A DNA stretch of 64,000 nt from an uncultured Gammaproteobacteria bacterium (GTDB lineage Bacteria; Patescibacteriota; Microgenomatia; Levybacterales; GWA1-39-11): NCBI GenBank assembly GCA_964427615.1, contig CAYRUR010000002.1, positions 81,847 through 145,846 of the forward strand, in the 5' to 3' direction. Positions 60,520-64,000 of the stretch are shown one piece after another. The position numbers and the translations under genes were made by a program. The notes beneath the pieces are model-generated. The model ran no database searches, was not told where the DNA came from, and saw only the letters and a list, made by a program, of their open reading frames with translations. Each line of letters opens with the position of its first letter. Within the stretch, counting starts at the first letter, position 1.

Positions 60520-61526
60520 AAAACCAAACGCAAAAAAGAAAAAAAATATTTACCTGGCATATACATGGAAGTTACTTGTACTATCTTTCACAAACTAATA
60601 GCGACATTTTTCTTCCCACAAAGCCTGGAACACATGAAGGGTATACCGGAAAAAGCGGTCCCTTCCCCTGGCCGGATACCGTACATGAAATACCAGCAGA
60701 AGAGGTAAAAAATTATGATTTTGATCTTATCCTTTTCCAGTCAAAGAAAAATTATCAAGAGGATCAGTACGAAATTTTAAGTCCAAGACAAAGAACACTA
60801 CCCAAAGTTTATTTAGAACATGATCCTCCCCAACAACACCCCACAGACACGATACATTGGGTGCAAGACCCTTCCACCACCCTCGTACAGGTCACACACT
60901 TTAACGATCTCATGTGGGATACAGGAATAACACCCACAAAAGTAATAGAACATGGTGCAATCACACCTCCACCTGTTACCTATACTGGCACTATTCCCAA
61001 AGGAATTGTCGTAATTAACAACCTAAAAGAGCGAGGAAGAAGGCTTGGATATGACATTTTTGAAAAAGTCAGAAAAGAGATCCCGCTTGACATCGTTGGT
61101 ATGAATTCAAAAGAAATTGGCGGATTAGGAGAAGTTCCCCACCATGAACTGCCTGCTTTTATAGCTCAATACCGTTTCTTTTTTCATCCCGTTAGATATA
61201 CCAGTCTTGCACTTTCGCTTGTGGAGGCAATGATGGTAGGTATGCCTGTAGTTGCATTGTCAACCACAGAAATAACCAGTGTAATTAAAAACGGAGTAAA
61301 TGGGTATGCAGATACCAACATACAAAAACTCGTTGTGTACATGCACCTGCTTTTGGAGAATGAAGAACTGGCTCATGAAATAGGAAGAGGAGCCAAAATA
61401 ACTGCTCAACAAAAATATAATATCCACCGGTTTAGCAAAGACTGGGAACAACTTTTTACGCTTCTCACAGAAAAAGAAAATATTCTACCAAACTCACCAA
61501 GCATGACAAAAGGAGGAATTATATGA
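60516..61526 (+). CDS. GT4-type glycosyltransferase
   Basis: TWHIHGSYL, RYTSLALSLVEAMMVGMPVV. Confidence 0.88.
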   Translation: MKNQTQKRKKIFTWHIHGSYLYYLSQTNSDIFLPTKPGTHEGYTGKSGPFPWPDTVHEIPAEEVKNYDFDLILFQSKKNYQEDQYEILSPRQRTLPKVYLEHDPPQQHPTDTIHWVQDPSTTLVQVTHFNDLMWDTGITPTKVIEHGAITPPPVTYTGTIPKGIVVINNLKERGRRLGYDIFEKVRKEIPLDIVGMNSKEIGGLGEVPHHELPAFIAQYRFFFHPVRYTSLALSLVEAMMVGMPVVALSTTEITSVIKNGVNGYADTNIQKLVVYMHLLLENEELAHEIGRGAKITAQQKYNIHRFSKDWEQLFTLLTEKENILPNSPSMTKGGII

Positions 61527-63457
61527 AAAAAAGAATACTATTTATATCAGAACACGCTTCACCCCTTGCCACAGTAGGCGGGACAGATGCAGGAGGACAA
61601 AATATTTACGTAGATAAACTCGCAAAAGAGTTAGTGAAACTGGGATATGAAATAGATATTTTTACCCGCTGGGATAATACACAAGTTCCCCAAATTATTC
61701 ATTATCAGCAAGGAATTAGGGTAATTCATATAAAAGCTGGGCCAATTGCTCATCTACCCAAAGAAAAGCTCCTACCCTTCATGAATACATTTACCAAAAA
61801 TGCTCTGCGCTTTATAAAAAAAGAATCCTTACACTACAAACTTGTACATGCTCATTTTTTCATGTCCGCACTGGTAGCTGCAAGACTGAAGGAAAAATTA
61901 GGAATTCCTTTTGTAGTAACCTTCCATGCACTGGGCAAAGTCAGACGCTTACATCAAGGGAAACAAGATACGTTCTCAGACGGACGTTTTGCTATAGAGG
62001 AAATGGTTATCAAAGAAGCAGATCACATTATTGCCGAGTGTCCCCAAGACAGAGAAGATTTAATCTATCACTACAATGCAGACCAAAATAAAATTAGTAT
62101 TATCCCCTGTGGATTTGACCCCCATGAATTCTACCCTATGAATAAACAGCTAGCACGTCTTCAGCTTAAGATTAACCAGGAAGCGTTTGTCATACTACAA
62201 CTTGGACGGATAGTACCACGAAAAGGAGTAGACACCGTTATCAAAGCGGTAGGACATCTTTTGAGAAAAAGAGAAATACCACTAAAATTAATTATTGTCG
62301 GAGGAGACTCCAAAAAGCCTGACCCTGTTATCACGCCTGAAATTGGAAGACTGCAAAACTTAGCAAAAAAGGAAGGCATTACAATACACACTACTTTTAC
62401 GGGAAGAAAGGATAGAAATGAACTACTCACTTACTACAATGCAGCTGATATCTTTGTAAGCACCCCTTGGTATGAACCATTCGGTATTACTCCTCTTGAA
62501 TCAATGGCATGTGGAATCCCTGTTATAGGATCTGAAGTAGGAGGTATTCAATTTAGTGTAACCAACGGTAAAACTGGATTTCTGATACCTCCCAAAAACC
62601 ATAAGGCACTAGCAGAAAAAATAACACTGCTCTACGAAAATCAAAAACTACGAGAACAAATGAGTAATGCTGCCATTAAACGGGTCAACACCTTCTTTAC
62701 TTGGTCCACCGTTGCTTCTTCTGTTTCATCACTCTACGAAAAAATACTCTTCTCTAGTTTTACTCATACACAAGAACACCAAGATACCATTGATATTATA
62801 GAAAATAATTTTGATAACCTCTCTACAGTGATAGAAAATACAAAAAAAACGTTGCGTATTCCTATCTATCATGCTGCCTCAATTTTGGTAAAAAGTATTC
62901 GCTCTGAAGGAAAAATTCTGATTTGTGGCAATGGAGGTAGTGCATGTGATGCACAACATTTTGCAGTAGAACTAGTAGGACACTTCATGTTAGACAAAAG
63001 AACTGCACTCCCTGCTCTTGCACTCAATACTGACTCATCCATTTTAACTGCTGTTCCGAATGACTTTGCATTTACCGATGTTTTTGCCAGACAAGTAGAA
63101 GCATTAGGAAAGCCTGGAGATATACTTTTTGGCATAAGTACCAGCGGAAATTCTAAAAATATTCTTAAAGCATTTAAGCAGGCAAAAAAGAAAAATATGA
63201 TCTGTATTGGATTACTTGGAAAAAATGGAGGTGCTTTAAAAGAGTTATGTGACATTGCTCTCGTAGTCCCATCAAATAATACCCAAACAATTCAGGAAAT
63301 ACATACCAACATTATTCACACCTTGTGTGAAATTATAGAAAAGCAACTCTTTTCCTCAAAAACAACTCCAAAAAAAGCACAGGTTGCATCACCACCTCAC
63401 CCTAAGAAGGCATTGTACCAACTGAATTTGCAAGAAGAGGAGGAGGAGGAAGAATAA
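61523..63457 (+). CDS. MshA-like GT4 glycosyltransferase fused to GmhA-type phosphoheptose isomerase (SIS)
   Basis: SEHASPL...DAGGQNIYV, PRKGVD, YEPFGITPLESM; CGNGGSACDAQH, NDF, ISTSGNS, IQEIH. Confidence 0.92.
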   Translation: MKKRILFISEHASPLATVGGTDAGGQNIYVDKLAKELVKLGYEIDIFTRWDNTQVPQIIHYQQGIRVIHIKAGPIAHLPKEKLLPFMNTFTKNALRFIKKESLHYKLVHAHFFMSALVAARLKEKLGIPFVVTFHALGKVRRLHQGKQDTFSDGRFAIEEMVIKEADHIIAECPQDREDLIYHYNADQNKISIIPCGFDPHEFYPMNKQLARLQLKINQEAFVILQLGRIVPRKGVDTVIKAVGHLLRKREIPLKLIIVGGDSKKPDPVITPEIGRLQNLAKKEGITIHTTFTGRKDRNELLTYYNAADIFVSTPWYEPFGITPLESMACGIPVIGSEVGGIQFSVTNGKTGFLIPPKNHKALAEKITLLYENQKLREQMSNAAIKRVNTFFTWSTVASSVSSLYEKILFSSFTHTQEHQDTIDIIENNFDNLSTVIENTKKTLRIPIYHAASILVKSIRSEGKILICGNGGSACDAQHFAVELVGHFMLDKRTALPALALNTDSSILTAVPNDFAFTDVFARQVEALGKPGDILFGISTSGNSKNILKAFKQAKKKNMICIGLLGKNGGALKELCDIALVVPSNNTQTIQEIHTNIIHTLCEIIEKQLFSSKTTPKKAQVASPPHPKKALYQLNLQEEEEEEE

Positions 63458-63461
63458 TACT

Positions 63462-64000
63462 ATGCATACATTAGAAGATAAAGTAGCAATTATAACAGGA
63501 GGAAGTCAAGGACTAGGAAAAGCAATCGCTACTACTCTTGCCCAAAATGGAGCAACAGTTATCATTGCTGATATAAAAGCAGAACAAGCAAGAGAGACAG
63601 CTAACCAGCTAATGGAGGAAGGATACAAAGCAAAAGGAGTATTTGTAGACGTATCTGAGGAAAAAGAAGTGGAAGATTTACTCTCAAAGACAAAAGAAAA
63701 GTACGGAACATTGGATATTATTATCAACAATGCAGGCGTTGATAAAACAAAATTGATTACTGATCTAACTGTTAAAGAATGGGATATGGTTATAGATGTC
63801 AATTTACGAGGACCCTTTTTGATGACAAAATACGCGTTTGATATTATGCAAGACCAGTCCACAGGAGGTCATATTGTAAATATAACCTCTACTGCTGCCA
63901 AACGTGCTTGGGCAGAAGCCTCTGCCTATCACGCAAGCAAATGGGGATTACTAGGATTTAGCTATGCCAGCCATGTAGAAGGAAGAGCATACAACATAAA
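63462..64000 (+). CDS. Short-chain dehydrogenase/reductase (partial, runs off the window's right edge)
   Basis: Manual translation: MHTLEDKVAIITGGSQGLG...INNAG...YHASKWG. Confidence 0.92.
   Translation, partial: MHTLEDKVAIITGGSQGLGKAIATTLAQNGATVIIADIKAEQARETANQLMEEGYKAKGVFVDVSEEKEVEDLLSKTKEKYGTLDIIINNAGVDKTKLITDLTVKEWDMVIDVNLRGPFLMTKYAFDIMQDQSTGGHIVNITSTAAKRAWAEASAYHASKWGLLGFSYASHVEGRAYNI

Noticed and set aside
63506-63862. 118-aa minus-strand ORF
   Set aside because: Antisense to the clear SDR gene starting at 63462

Overview
Gene-dense, AT-rich bacterial DNA using the standard genetic code. By gene content and style I infer a CPR/Patescibacteria genome (Microgenomates-like, probably soil); no marker gene in the window proves this. 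From left to right: (1) a four-gene operon (CooC-like ATPase, LysA-fold PLP enzyme, CysK-rhodanese fusion, SufS-like desulfurase). It is bracketed by a ~76-bp direct repeat of the cyoA promoter/5' end, and its consensus sigma70 promoter carries two palindromes matching one in front of the zur-znuACB operon 47 kb away. (2) A complete cyoABCDE bo3-type quinol oxidase whose K-channel lysine is replaced by Gln. (3) F420-type oxidoreductases and an ArsR-FNR-ribA operon. (4) Two histidine kinases and a receiver-only response regulator. (5) Large surface proteins, peptidases, and a Rad52-like annealase next to a Pif1 helicase. (6) General-stress-type genes (BON, DUF2795, DUF892, S2P-CBS, PRTase, GT9/GT4/GmhA) that share an upstream CATTAC-N6-CTTAC direct-repeat motif. 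(7) A gene frameshifted at an (ACAG)4 tract, polysaccharide genes, and the Zur-ZnuACB zinc uptake operon. Intergenic DNA contains composite 7-9-mer tandem repeats and REP-like palindromes. I saw no rRNA, tRNA, CRISPR array, transposase or integrase. All calls come from reading motifs by eye; no database searches were run.
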